A stretch of 58,012 nt of DNA from an uncultured Candidatus Saccharibacteria bacterium (GTDB lineage Bacteria; Patescibacteriota; Minisyncoccia; Minisyncoccales; UBA1441), in assembly GCA_964477715.1 (NCBI GenBank), contig CAYZEC010000015.1, positions 1-58,012 of the forward strand. Direction: 5' to 3'. Of the stretch, positions 42,820-52,469 are shown one piece after another. The notes beneath the pieces were generated by a model that saw nothing but the letters and a program-made list of their open reading frames with translations, searched no databases and had not been told where the DNA came from. The translations under genes and the position numbers were made by a program. The first letter of the stretch is position 1. Every line of letters starts with the position of its first letter.

Positions 42820-44052
42820 TCATCTCTTGAAAAGTAATTCAACTTTTATTTTGTCTAACGAAGGAATTCTGCGTAGCCAAAAGGGAGCTATTTTGAACTG
42901 AAAGGCCGATAAACGTTGATCTTTTAGCAACTTATCTTTAAGCTCGCGACGAGTAAGTCCGCAAAATTCTTCCATCCATTTTTCCTCTGATAAATCATGA
43001 TATATTTCTGCTGAAAATTTCAAATTGATTCTAAGAAATTCTTGATCAATATCAAAAGACAAAACTCTATAATCTAAATACAAGCTTTCAGGAACAATCA
43101 AATAATCTGAACCAAATTCACCCTTAATGATTGATTTCAAGATCTGATTCAAATCATCTTTTTGAAAAGCTAAGGCACTTCCTTTCATTTCCATCTGACA
43201 ACTAAAATCGTCTACTCTTTCCCCCACCGAATGAGAAAAACTTTTCTCTATCGTCTCGATAGAAATAGCTTCCGATAGAACTATAATGTTCGGATTGTCA
43301 TTCTCCACCTGCTCAATTAAATCATTAATTAAAACAAGATTGAGCGCTTCTTCCGCCCCCCGAAGATCTGATTGTGTAATTGCGATAAATCGAGTAGACG
43401 ATCCTCCGGTCATTGGCGCCAGAGACTCTCCATATACCTTGTCGTAAAGCTCTGTCCCCAATAATCCCGGAATTGAAAATTTAGTTGGGCCAATATTAGA
43501 ATTTGGGCCAGGATCCATTGCTTCAACCGGAACATCAACTTCAGAAGGAACGAGGCGCCCATTTTCTATCTTGCCGGCCGGAAGATAGATGGCTTCTGGT
43601 GCCCTGAAATAAACACCATTTCCCGTAAGAAAACGCGTAGTTGCTCTTAGATTAAGTGATTGAGGGGGATTAATAGCATTATAAACCCTGATGATTCCCT
43701 TTGCCGAAATGTCTTCTCGCCCTTCGCCTGTTGCTTTAAAAATTTGAGATTTATCTTGACTTCCCGTCACAATCCGACCGGGAATAATTTGCCCTTGAAA
43801 ATCTATTTCTGAAACATCTCCCTGAATTTTAATTTCAGCTTCAGTCGTTATAATCCGCGTTGCTGGTTCGAGATAAAGAACAAACCGAGTCCCCCAAAGT
43901 TGATAAAAAAAGCCAACTATTAATATTCCAAATATTAAAAATCCCCACCACGCAAGATAAGAGCGATCTGCTTTTTCGGGAGTAGAAACCTTCTTAATCG
44001 AGTTTTCTTTTGATAACCCTGGAGGTAAAATGTCAAATATTTTTTTATTCAT
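42820..44052 (-). CDS. Hypothetical membrane-anchored protein (410 aa), large extracytoplasmic domain
   Basis: Has a single N-terminal TM (YLAWWGFLIFGILIVGFFY) and no catalytic motif. By memory only, the central segment (GIIRVYNAINPPQSLNLRATTRF...GVYFR) resembles proteins annotated baseplate-J-like. Confidence 0.5.
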   Translation of the reverse strand: MNKKIFDILPPGLSKENSIKKVSTPEKADRSYLAWWGFLIFGILIVGFFYQLWGTRFVLYLEPATRIITTEAEIKIQGDVSEIDFQGQIIPGRIVTGSQDKSQIFKATGEGREDISAKGIIRVYNAINPPQSLNLRATTRFLTGNGVYFRAPEAIYLPAGKIENGRLVPSEVDVPVEAMDPGPNSNIGPTKFSIPGLLGTELYDKVYGESLAPMTGGSSTRFIAITQSDLRGAEEALNLVLINDLIEQVENDNPNIIVLSEAISIETIEKSFSHSVGERVDDFSCQMEMKGSALAFQKDDLNQILKSIIKGEFGSDYLIVPESLYLDYRVLSFDIDQEFLRINLKFSAEIYHDLSEEKWMEEFCGLTRRELKDKLLKDQRLSAFQFKIAPFWLRRIPSLDKIKVELLFKR

Positions 44053-45808
44053 TTTTTAAAATGGCTTTAATCCTCCGTACTCCAGCACTAGAAGATTCTT
44101 CTTTAATAATTCTAAAAATCCCTAAGTCGCCGGTACTTGTAACGTGCGGTCCGGCACAAACTTCTTTTGAGATTATCTTACCGTCACCACTAATGATAGC
44201 ATAGACGTCAACTTCTTCTGGATAATCCCTGTTTTTAACCACTAGAGCTCCTCCGTTTGAAGCGTCTTCAAATTTCATTTGTTTTTTTTCAATTTTTAAA
44301 TTTTGTCCAATCCATCGATTCACTAAATCTGATATTCTTTCCAATTCTGAAGAATCGAGTGAACGATCAAAAGAAAAATCAAATCTGAGTCTTTCTGAAT
44401 TAATATCAGAACCTTTTTGGACTACCTGCTCTCCTAATACTTCTCGCAAAGCCGATTGAAGCAAATGAGTTGCTGTGTGAAGTTTGGTTATTGCTATTTG
44501 CTCTTCGGATGAGACGCTTTCGCTCAAGCCATGTCCTCCAAATTTCTTATTCGCTCCCCTGCGAGAAATTTCTTTATGCCTCTCAATAGCATCCACTAAT
44601 TCTTGTTCATTAAATTGGTAGCCACGCTTCTTTAATTCCTTGGGCAAAAGTCCATAGGTCGCGTAAAGACGAAAAGCCTCTTTTCCGTCTATTTCTTGAT
44701 TATCATTTATTTGTGATAAACCTTTTTCAAGCGCCCGCTCAATTCTATTCTTCTCATCGGCTAAAATTATTTCCAATCTTTTTCCGCTTCCAATTAATTC
44801 AGGATAAAATTGACCATAATAACTTTCAATCCAATTTATTGCTGAACTCAATTGCTCGAAGGGAATATTTAATTCAGAAACTGATTCCAATAGACGACGA
44901 ACAATGCGCCTCAAAATATAACCTTTTTCTAGGTTACTTGGCTCGATCCGCTCAGCCACCAAAAAAAGTGATCCTCTTAAGTGATCGGCTAGAATGCGAA
45001 AATTATTTTGGCGAAAATTATTTTTAGAATCTGGTGATAATTTTTCAAAAATTGGTTGGAAAAGATCAGTTTCGAAAACAGATAGCTTTCCCTGAACAGC
45101 TAGAGTTAATCGCTCCAAGCCCATACCTGTATCAATTCCTGTTTGAGTCAAGTTTTTGAGCTGGCCATTTTCGGATTGAAAATATTGATTAAAGACGATA
45201 TTCCACAATTCAACAAAACGACCACAATTACATCCTGGTCGACAATCCTTTCCCCGAGCACAAGATTGTCCTGTTAAATCATAATGTATCTCGGTTGTTG
45301 GCCCACAGGGGCCAGCATTGCCCGTCGGGCCCCAAAAGTTATCTTTTCTCCCATAGGGTAAAATTTTCTTAGGATCGATGCCCTTTTTAATCCAAATTTG
45401 GCGAGCCTCTTCATCAGATGGTAAATCATGATCTCCTTCAAAATAGGTAAAATAAAGACGATCCGTCGAAATTTGATAATGCTGCGTTAACAGTTCAAGC
45501 GCCCAGCTCATAGATTCTTCTTTGAAATAATCTCCAAAACTAAAATTCCCAAGCATTTCCAAGAAAGTTAAATGGCTTTCGTCTCCGACTTGATCAATAT
45601 CAGAGGTACGAAAGCATTTTTGGCAAGAAGTAGCTCGCGAGCCGAATGGTGCCTTTTCTCCTAAGAAATATTTCTTAAATGGTTGCATCCCAGCTGTTGT
45701 TAACAAAACGCTTCGATCTTCTGGAACTAAAGAAGCCGAAGGCTGGAGGGAATGGCCTCGATTAACAAAAAAATCCAAAAAGATTTGACGAATTTCTAAT
45801 GAGTCCAT
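44045..45808 (-). CDS. alaS: Alanyl-tRNA synthetase lacking the C-Ala domain
   Basis: Has the N-terminal class II core (FRTSDIDQVGDESHLTFLEMLGNFSFGDY) and the editing-domain zinc motifs HTATHLL and CAGPHV. It ends about 40 residues after the latter. It is 587 aa, versus about 870 typical. Confidence 0.9.
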   Translation of the reverse strand: MDSLEIRQIFLDFFVNRGHSLQPSASLVPEDRSVLLTTAGMQPFKKYFLGEKAPFGSRATSCQKCFRTSDIDQVGDESHLTFLEMLGNFSFGDYFKEESMSWALELLTQHYQISTDRLYFTYFEGDHDLPSDEEARQIWIKKGIDPKKILPYGRKDNFWGPTGNAGPCGPTTEIHYDLTGQSCARGKDCRPGCNCGRFVELWNIVFNQYFQSENGQLKNLTQTGIDTGMGLERLTLAVQGKLSVFETDLFQPIFEKLSPDSKNNFRQNNFRILADHLRGSLFLVAERIEPSNLEKGYILRRIVRRLLESVSELNIPFEQLSSAINWIESYYGQFYPELIGSGKRLEIILADEKNRIERALEKGLSQINDNQEIDGKEAFRLYATYGLLPKELKKRGYQFNEQELVDAIERHKEISRRGANKKFGGHGLSESVSSEEQIAITKLHTATHLLQSALREVLGEQVVQKGSDINSERLRFDFSFDRSLDSSELERISDLVNRWIGQNLKIEKKQMKFEDASNGGALVVKNRDYPEEVDVYAIISGDGKIISKEVCAGPHVTSTGDLGIFRIIKEESSSAGVRRIKAILKNE

Positions 45809-45812
45809 AATC

Positions 45813-46319
45813 TTAGGTAAAACGATCGGCTACTTTTGAGGCAACATAAGATTCGGGCTTAATTTTAGCCTCAAACCCATTACCATTTATGACTCCAATA
45901 ACCTCTCGAATCATGCTTCGCGTTGGCCCCCTTTCTCCTACATCAGCATGAATGTATCGAAATTGATATCTTGCTTTAGATCCAGATTCTTTCATCTTAC
46001 GCTGGATCATTTCTCTTAGCTCTAGAGCCATTTCACAAGAAAGCATAACTTCTTGAATGATTCTTTCATGAGGGTGCGCAAATCGACCTGGCTTAGATTC
46101 AAATCTTACTTTTTTAACAAAAAATCGGCCGCCTGCTCCTACCCTCAACACAACCAAGACAATTGGGAAAACAGGATCTTCTTCAGACGAAGAATCGCAC
46201 CCGACAATTATATCGTAAAAATATTCTGGAGCTTGATGAATATAAAAAAGCACTTCCTCAATTACCTGATGACGACTCAACTTTCCCTTGGTAGTATTAA
46301 AAAACTCAGATTTATCCAT
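45813..46319 (-). CDS. DUF458/YkuK-like RNase-H-fold protein
   Basis: 168 aa. Contains IIVGCDSS, RVGAGGRFF and ...IREVIGVINGNGFEAKIKPESYVASKVADRFT. It resembles the YkuK family as I recall it. Confidence 0.5.
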   Translation of the reverse strand: MDKSEFFNTTKGKLSRHQVIEEVLFYIHQAPEYFYDIIVGCDSSSEEDPVFPIVLVVLRVGAGGRFFVKKVRFESKPGRFAHPHERIIQEVMLSCEMALELREMIQRKMKESGSKARYQFRYIHADVGERGPTRSMIREVIGVINGNGFEAKIKPESYVASKVADRFT

Positions 46320-46322
46320 TTT

Positions 46323-47063
46323 TTAAGTTAGTATTTCCAACCCCACCTCAGTTAAGGCAACGGTGTGCTCAAAATGAGCAGAACGAGATCCATCTTCTGT
46401 AACATAGCCCGTATTATTTTCAGCTAAACGAACTTTCCCTCGTCCAATAGTGACAATTGGCTCAATGCATAAAACCATTCCCTTCCGAATCATCAGGCCT
46501 TCTCCTTTTTTCCCAAAATTTAATACATCTGGTTCCTCATGAACTGATCGTCCGATTCCGTGACCACATAATTCTTTGACTATATCGAATCCTTCCCTCC
46601 AAACATAATGACTGATGGCGTAACCAATATCGCCTAAATATCCTCCCGGTCGGACAGCCTCAATGCCTCTCATTAAAGCCTCTTCTGTAACATAAATCAA
46701 GCGTTCAGATTTTTTATCGATTGGATTAACGGGAACAGTAACCGCCATATCAGCATGAAAGCCCTGATAAAAAACACCCAGATCAAGGGAGACAATGTCT
46801 CCCACTTGAATTCGACGATCAGTCGGCGATCCATGAACAACCATTTCGTTAGTTGAAACACAAAGAGCCGCTGGAAAACCGCGGTAATTTTTAAAACTAG
46901 GCTGAGCCCCTCTATCTTGAATCATCTTCTCGGCTAGTTGATTCAATTCATTAGCGCTGATTCCAGGTCGGACAGCTAGTTTTAATTCTCTCATGATCTC
47001 GGAAAGAATCCGAGCTGATTTTTTGATTTTAGTAATTTCAGAAGGGGTTTTAGTCAGAATCAT
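46323..47063 (-). CDS. map: Methionine aminopeptidase type I
   Basis: Has metal-ligand motifs (DIVSLDLG, GHGIG, EPIV...). Length is 246 aa. Confidence 0.9.
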   Translation of the reverse strand: MILTKTPSEITKIKKSARILSEIMRELKLAVRPGISANELNQLAEKMIQDRGAQPSFKNYRGFPAALCVSTNEMVVHGSPTDRRIQVGDIVSLDLGVFYQGFHADMAVTVPVNPIDKKSERLIYVTEEALMRGIEAVRPGGYLGDIGYAISHYVWREGFDIVKELCGHGIGRSVHEEPDVLNFGKKGEGLMIRKGMVLCIEPIVTIGRGKVRLAENNTGYVTEDGSRSAHFEHTVALTEVGLEILT

Positions 47064-47652
47064 CTAATTCTAAAACCTTAAGAATATCCGAGAAAACTTT
47101 TGGTCTGTCTTGTTCTCCATTGACCTCAAATAACTCTCCTCGATTTCTCAAGTCTTGCAAAGTTGGCTTTACTTCATCTTGAAAATATTTCCACCTAACC
47201 AACAAAGTATCCTCAACATCATCACTTCGAGCCCGTCCTTTATTTTCAGCTAATAGCCTTTTTTGAGATTCTTGTTCTGAAATATTCAGATAAATAATTC
47301 GATAATTTTTAGCCCAATCGTACCAATCTAAAGCTCCTTTGATTAATTCCGTTTCAATAACACGACGAGGGCTTCCGTCAATAACTATTCCCGGAAATTC
47401 ATTCATTTTCTTAATTTCTTCCATTTGGTCAAACCAAAGATGGGCAATAACCAGCGTTGGGACCAAAACTCCTTTATTCACTTCTTCCTTTATCTTGATT
47501 CCCGTATAATCCTCTTGTTTTTGACGGTTGCGTAGCAAATCTCCACTTCCCATGTGAACAAAACCAAACTTTTCAACCAAAAAACGAGCCTGTGTTCCTT
47601 TTCCTGAACCAGGAGGCCCAATTAAAGAAACAACCAACTCAGAAGCTTTCAT
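47050..47652 (-). CDS. adk: Adenylate kinase (short LID)
   Basis: Has the P-loop GPPGSGKGTQ and GDLLR. Length is 200 aa. Confidence 0.9.
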   Translation of the reverse strand: MKASELVVSLIGPPGSGKGTQARFLVEKFGFVHMGSGDLLRNRQKQEDYTGIKIKEEVNKGVLVPTLVIAHLWFDQMEEIKKMNEFPGIVIDGSPRRVIETELIKGALDWYDWAKNYRIIYLNISEQESQKRLLAENKGRARSDDVEDTLLVRWKYFQDEVKPTLQDLRNRGELFEVNGEQDRPKVFSDILKVLELDDSD

Positions 47653-48928
47653 AATCTCGGATTTTCATTTGAGCTTGAATCTGCCTCAAGGTATCCATGA
47701 TAACCGAAACAATAATCAATAAAGAGGTTCCGCCAATCATAAACTGAAAAGCACCGATGCCTGTTATTCCTTGGATAATCGAGGGAACGAGCGCAACAAA
47801 TCCCAGGAAAATAGCACCCACGAATAGACATCTTTTTAAAATATAATTCAGGTGATGGCTAGTTGGTTTTCCTGGTCGAATACCCGGAACAAAAGCCCCT
47901 GATTTTTGTAAGTTTTCAGAAATTTTATCGGGCTCGAAAGTAACTGCTGTATAGAAATAAGTAAATCCAATAATAAGCAAAAAATAAGCTAATCCATAGA
48001 GCCACGCATTCTGAACAAACCAATTAATCCCAGCAGCTATAGCTGCTAAAACTCCATTTGACGATTCGGTCCAAAACTGAGCTATCATCTGAGGAAAACT
48101 CATAGCTGCTAAAGCAAAAATAATCGGTAAAACCCCCGCCGGGTTAACGTTAAGAGGCAAATAAGTCGACGTTCCTCCGTACATTTTCATCCCCCTAACT
48201 CTTTTGGTGTAGGAAACGGGAATATTACGCTTTCCTTCATTCATCAAAACAACCAAAGCAATCATCGCTAGCCCGGCCATTAAGAAAACTAATAATAATG
48301 GGATCATTTCGATTGTCCAATCGGCGATTAATTGAGCAGCTGCCATAGGAACTCCAGCGATAATTCCCGCAAAAATCATTAATGAAACTCCATTTCCGAT
48401 ACCTCTTTCAGTAATCATCTCGCCTAACCACATCAAAACAATTGCTCCGGCTGTTACTGTAACCAAAAAGTTAGCAGTCATAGCTGGAGTCAGGGTAGAG
48501 ATAACTTCTTGCCCTCGCAGAAGAGCAATCATCGCATAACCCTGAACCAATGCCAACGGAATGGTCAATATCCGACCATATTGGTTAAATTTCCTTCTTC
48601 CATCTTCTCCTTCATCTCGATAAAGTCTTTCCAACGCTGGGAAAATCATTGTTCCCAGTTGTAAAATAATAACTGCTGTAATGTAAGGGCCCATACCTAA
48701 CATTACTATTGAAAAATTACTTAAAGCCCCTCCTGTTAATAAATTGAAGAAGCCCATGAACTCACTCTGTGTAAAAAATGATTGCAGCTTATCTAGATCT
48801 GCTCCAGGAATGGGAATAACAGCCATGGCTCGAAAAACGGCAAAAATAAAAAAGACAAAAAGTATCTTCCGACGTAATTCTCTATTCTTCCAAACATCAA
48901 TTATTTTTTGATACCAACGAGTTTTCAT
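47639..48928 (-). CDS. secY: Preprotein translocase SecY
   Basis: 10-TM profile of 429 aa, in the position after rplO. Confidence 0.9.
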   Translation of the reverse strand: MKTRWYQKIIDVWKNRELRRKILFVFFIFAVFRAMAVIPIPGADLDKLQSFFTQSEFMGFFNLLTGGALSNFSIVMLGMGPYITAVIILQLGTMIFPALERLYRDEGEDGRRKFNQYGRILTIPLALVQGYAMIALLRGQEVISTLTPAMTANFLVTVTAGAIVLMWLGEMITERGIGNGVSLMIFAGIIAGVPMAAAQLIADWTIEMIPLLLVFLMAGLAMIALVVLMNEGKRNIPVSYTKRVRGMKMYGGTSTYLPLNVNPAGVLPIIFALAAMSFPQMIAQFWTESSNGVLAAIAAGINWFVQNAWLYGLAYFLLIIGFTYFYTAVTFEPDKISENLQKSGAFVPGIRPGKPTSHHLNYILKRCLFVGAIFLGFVALVPSIIQGITGIGAFQFMIGGTSLLIIVSVIMDTLRQIQAQMKIRDYESF

Positions 48929-49527
48929 TTTTTCTTACCCTTACTTTTTCTAGCCTCTTTCTTCCTCTTTTCAATGGCTTTCTTTTTAGCTGCTTTTCTT
49001 TTATCTGCCTGCTTGCGAATATTCTCTTGCTGAAGTTTGATTTGCTCCTCTGTTAATGTCTTCTTTCCTTTTTTACCTTTCTTAACCCTCTCTCCCGTAA
49101 TCTTTCCTCCGACTACCGTTATTTTATCACGAGCAGAATCAGAAAAAGAACAATTTTCAAATTGAAGCGCTTTACTTAATTCTCCTCCACCTAAAATTTT
49201 AACGATTGGTAGCTTTTTGTGACGACTCCCAATAATATTTTTTTCATTTAAGCTTTGAGGAGAAACAATATCATTAATCTCAAAATTCTTGTCTAGAACA
49301 GCTAAGCTGACCGTAGCGATAACTTTATTCTTAGAAGTAATATAACTAGCCCCCTTTAGCTTGTGATAACGCTTAATCAAGGGACGAATAATCGGCTCAA
49401 GATGAGGACCAGAACGAGACTTTTGGCCCTTCATCCCTCGACCAGAATAAGTTCCGCGCTTGCCTCCTCGGCCTACTCTTTTTTTATCTTTCAGCCCTCT
49501 ATCAGCTTGTAATTGATGTAATTCCAT
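48925..49527 (-). CDS. rplO: Ribosomal protein uL15 with Lys-rich C-terminal extension
   Basis: Contains KKRVGRGGKRGTYSGRGMKGQKSRSG. About 55 extra basic residues at the C-terminus. Confidence 0.9.
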   Translation of the reverse strand: MELHQLQADRGLKDKKRVGRGGKRGTYSGRGMKGQKSRSGPHLEPIIRPLIKRYHKLKGASYITSKNKVIATVSLAVLDKNFEINDIVSPQSLNEKNIIGSRHKKLPIVKILGGGELSKALQFENCSFSDSARDKITVVGGKITGERVKKGKKGKKTLTEEQIKLQQENIRKQADKRKAAKKKAIEKRKKEARKSKGKKK

Positions 49528-49530
49528 ATC

Positions 49531-50052
49531 TTAAGATAATTTCTGAAAAGCATTAATTGTTGCTTGAGCAATATTCAGTTTATTGCTAGAACGAGAAATA
49601 ACTCGAGCAGATGCATCTGTGATACCTGCTAATTCACATAACACTCTTACCGAACTGCCAGCAATTAATCCGCCACCCTTTGCTTTATATTTTAAAACTA
49701 TTTCAGAAGCACCAAATTTACCTTTAACAGAATAAGGAATAAGCCCCTCTTTTAATGGCACCGTAATCATTGATTTCTCGGCTACCTTCACCGCCTTCTC
49801 AATAGCTTGCTTAACGCTACCAGCTTTGCCGATCCCCACGCCCACCTTTCCTTTCTTATCACCAATAGCTACTACAGCTTGAAAACGCATTCTGCGCCCG
49901 CCAGCTGTTACTCGCGTTACTCGATTAATAGCTAAAACATTCGAGTCAAATCTTTTTTCGGCTTCGGGACGACGAGGGCGACTATCTGTTCGCGGACTAC
50001 GATTGAATGTTCCAGCTCGTTCTTTTGTTTTTGATTCTTCTTTGTTCTCCAT
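49531..50052 (-). CDS. rpsE: Ribosomal protein uS5
   Basis: Contains VTRVTAGGRRMRFQAVVAIGD... Confidence 0.9.
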   Translation of the reverse strand: MENKEESKTKERAGTFNRSPRTDSRPRRPEAEKRFDSNVLAINRVTRVTAGGRRMRFQAVVAIGDKKGKVGVGIGKAGSVKQAIEKAVKVAEKSMITVPLKEGLIPYSVKGKFGASEIVLKYKAKGGGLIAGSSVRVLCELAGITDASARVISRSSNKLNIAQATINAFQKLS

Positions 50053-50056
50053 AATA

Positions 50057-50410
50057 TTAAAAATCTAAGCCTTCTGCTCGCGCACCTTCTGCTACGGCTT
50101 TAACGCGACCATGGTATTTATAGCCACCACGATCAAAAACGACCTTTTTAATTTCCTTTGTCTTTGCCTTTTCGGCAATAGCTTGACCAACGGCTTGAGC
50201 TAATTCCGCCTTGCTTTTCTTCTTCATTCCCATGTCAGAAGCTGAAACGATAATCTTTGATTGACTATCATCGATCAACTGAGCATAAATATGCTTATGA
50301 GAACGAAAAACAAAAAGTCGTGGACGCTCTGCCGTTCCCTTAATTCGCCCACGCAAACGGTGATGTCTTGCTTGACGATAATTATTTTTTTTAAAAAACC
50401 AAGGTATCAT
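50057..50410 (-). CDS. rplR: Ribosomal protein uL18
   Basis: Contains [30 protein letters not shown]. Confidence 0.9.
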   Translation of the reverse strand: MIPWFFKKNNYRQARHHRLRGRIKGTAERPRLFVFRSHKHIYAQLIDDSQSKIIVSASDMGMKKKSKAELAQAVGQAIAEKAKTKEIKKVVFDRGGYKYHGRVKAVAEGARAEGLDF

Positions 50411-50421
50411 TTCTTAATAAA

Positions 50422-50967
50422 TTATGTTCCTGCTGTTGTCTTCTTGCTTTCTTTACGCCTAACTTGTTCTCCAACATATCTAATTCCTTTTCCCTTGTAT
50501 GGCTCTGGAGGCCTCACTTTTCGAATAGCATGGGCCACCTGACCTACCTGATCTTTGCGCATTCCTCTAATAACTATTTTGCTACTCTCAAGTACTTGGA
50601 ATTCGATTCCCGGATCTGGTTTGATTCTAACTTCATGACTAAACCCCACTTCCATGATTAAGTCAGAACCTTCTAAACGAGCTCGATACCCGACTCCAAC
50701 CATTTCAAGCTCTTTCTGGAAACCTTCAGTCACTCCCTGAATATCATTAGCCAAAAGTGAGCGGAAGAGTCCCCAGAAGGCTTTTGATCGAATGGTTTTT
50801 TTATTAATATTAACCAGAATTTGACCATCTATCATTTCCGCCTTTATCTCCGAGGGCAAAACTCTCTCTAGTGATCCTTTCGGACCCGTCACTAATACTT
50901 TTTGCTTTTCTATCTTAACAACCACTCCATCTGGAATAATAATTGGTTTTTTCCCTATACGACTCAT
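50422..50967 (-). CDS. rplF: Ribosomal protein uL6
   Basis: Begins MSRIGKKPIIIPDGV and contains ...GKGIRY. Confidence 0.9.
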   Translation of the reverse strand: MSRIGKKPIIIPDGVVVKIEKQKVLVTGPKGSLERVLPSEIKAEMIDGQILVNINKKTIRSKAFWGLFRSLLANDIQGVTEGFQKELEMVGVGYRARLEGSDLIMEVGFSHEVRIKPDPGIEFQVLESSKIVIRGMRKDQVGQVAHAIRKVRPPEPYKGKGIRYVGEQVRRKESKKTTAGT

Positions 50968-50971
50968 GTTA

Positions 50972-51364
50972 TTACCAAACCTTACCTATTAATTCTCCGC
51001 CCGCTTTCTGACGACGAGCTTCTTGACCACTCATCAAACCTTTAGAGGTGGAAATTATAGCCATCCCCCGACCTCTCTTAACCGATCTTATCTTTTGATT
51101 TGAAAGGTAAATACGCTGACCCGGTTTTGAAATACGGGTAATCTCATGTATTACCGGCTGACCCTCTCGGTAAACTAAGGTTAAATGAATTTTCTTCTGA
51201 GCCTTGCTTCCTTTCTTACTCGCCTCTCCCAAAAATCCATGCTTAACCATTAATTCAGCTAATTGCATCTTAAGCTCCGAATAAGGCAATTCCAGCTCAC
51301 TCAAGCCAGTCGCTTGAGCATTTCTAATTCTTGTAAATAAATCTGCGATAGGATCAGTATTCAT
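50972..51364 (-). CDS. rpsH: Ribosomal protein uS8
   Basis: Begins MNTDPIADLFTRIRNA. The ORF-track start 51373 is TTG. Confidence 0.9.
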   Translation of the reverse strand: MNTDPIADLFTRIRNAQATGLSELELPYSELKMQLAELMVKHGFLGEASKKGSKAQKKIHLTLVYREGQPVIHEITRISKPGQRIYLSNQKIRSVKRGRGMAIISTSKGLMSGQEARRQKAGGELIGKVW

Positions 51365-51366
51365 GT

Positions 51367-51552
51367 TTACCAACTACTCTTTTTTACTCCCGGAATTCTG
51401 CCTTGATTGGCCAACTCCCTAAAACAAATACGACACAATCCGAATTTTCTCATAAAACCCCTATTGCGACCGCAAGCAAAACAACGGTTGCGGTGTTGCA
51501 CCGCATATTTCGGCTCCCGATTACTTTTAGCAATTTGTGATTTTTTAGCCAT
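51367..51552 (-). CDS. rpsN: Ribosomal protein uS14, zinc-binding type Z (61 aa)
   Basis: Has a CxxC...CxxC pattern (CFACG...CRIC). Confidence 0.9.
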   Translation of the reverse strand: MAKKSQIAKSNREPKYAVQHRNRCFACGRNRGFMRKFGLCRICFRELANQGRIPGVKKSSW

Positions 51553-51561
51553 AAATCATAA

Positions 51562-52155
51562 TTAAACTTCCCTGTCCTTTCCGGAACGAAAAGGCATCCC
51601 TAGCAGAGCCAATAAACGTTCGCCCTCCTGGTCGCTTCCAGCCGTAGTGACGATAACCACTTCAAGGCCGAACAACATTCTTTCTTCCTCACTCGAAATT
51701 TCAGGAAAGACTGTCTGCTCCGGAAAACCAATAGTTAAATTACCACGTCCGTCCATAGATTTCAAATCCACTCCTCGAAAATCACGAGTCCTGGGAAGAG
51801 ATAATTTAATAATTCGATCAAGGAAATCATACATTCTATCTCTCCTTAACGTAACAGCATAACCAACAGGATCGCCTTGTCTCAAATGAAAACTGGCGAT
51901 GGATTTACGCGCCTTTCTCAATGCTGGCCTTTGACCAGTAATCACCATTAGATCATTCTCCATCGCTTCCCTGATTTTTTTCAACTGATCATCGCTTTTA
52001 ATCTTTTCAACTATTTTTCCAAAGCCGGTATTAACTATAATTTTCTTTAGCCTCGGCACAGCCAAATCATTCTTATAACCAAGCTCCTGCTTCAAAGCTT
52101 CTCTCACTTCGGTTAAATATTTATCTTTCAATTTTTTATCAGAAAGCTGAACCAT
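51562..52155 (-). CDS. rplE: Ribosomal protein uL5
   Basis: 197 aa. Contains ...PRTRDFRG... Confidence 0.9.
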   Translation of the reverse strand: MVQLSDKKLKDKYLTEVREALKQELGYKNDLAVPRLKKIIVNTGFGKIVEKIKSDDQLKKIREAMENDLMVITGQRPALRKARKSIASFHLRQGDPVGYAVTLRRDRMYDFLDRIIKLSLPRTRDFRGVDLKSMDGRGNLTIGFPEQTVFPEISSEEERMLFGLEVVIVTTAGSDQEGERLLALLGMPFRSGKDREV

Positions 52156-52157
52156 TT

Positions 52158-52469
52158 TTAATCAATTATTTTTTGACATTTACAACAGATTCTCTTTTTT
52201 TCACTTGCCCCAACCCCACGATATGCAACCCTCGTCCTTGCCCCACATTGTGGACAAATGAGAGCAACGTTTGAAACGTGCAATGGCTGCGGAGATTCGA
52301 CGGTCTGTCCTTTTTCCCCTTCCTTGCGGGGGCGAATTCTTTTCTTAACCAAGCGCACTGCTTCCACCACTACTCTTTCTTGTTCTGGCAAAACCTTCAG
52401 AATCTGTCCTTTTTTGCCCTTATCTCGCCCGCTAATAACAATAATATTATCTCTTTTTTTGATTTTCAT
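52158..52469 (-). CDS. rplX: Ribosomal protein uL24 (with CxxC...CxxC zinc ribbon as in Thermus-type L24)
   Basis: Has the KOW motif ([15 protein letters not shown]) and CPQCG...CCKC. Confidence 0.9.
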   Translation of the reverse strand: MKIKKRDNIIVISGRDKGKKGQILKVLPEQERVVVEAVRLVKKRIRPRKEGEKGQTVESPQPLHVSNVALICPQCGARTRVAYRGVGASEKKRICCKCQKIID

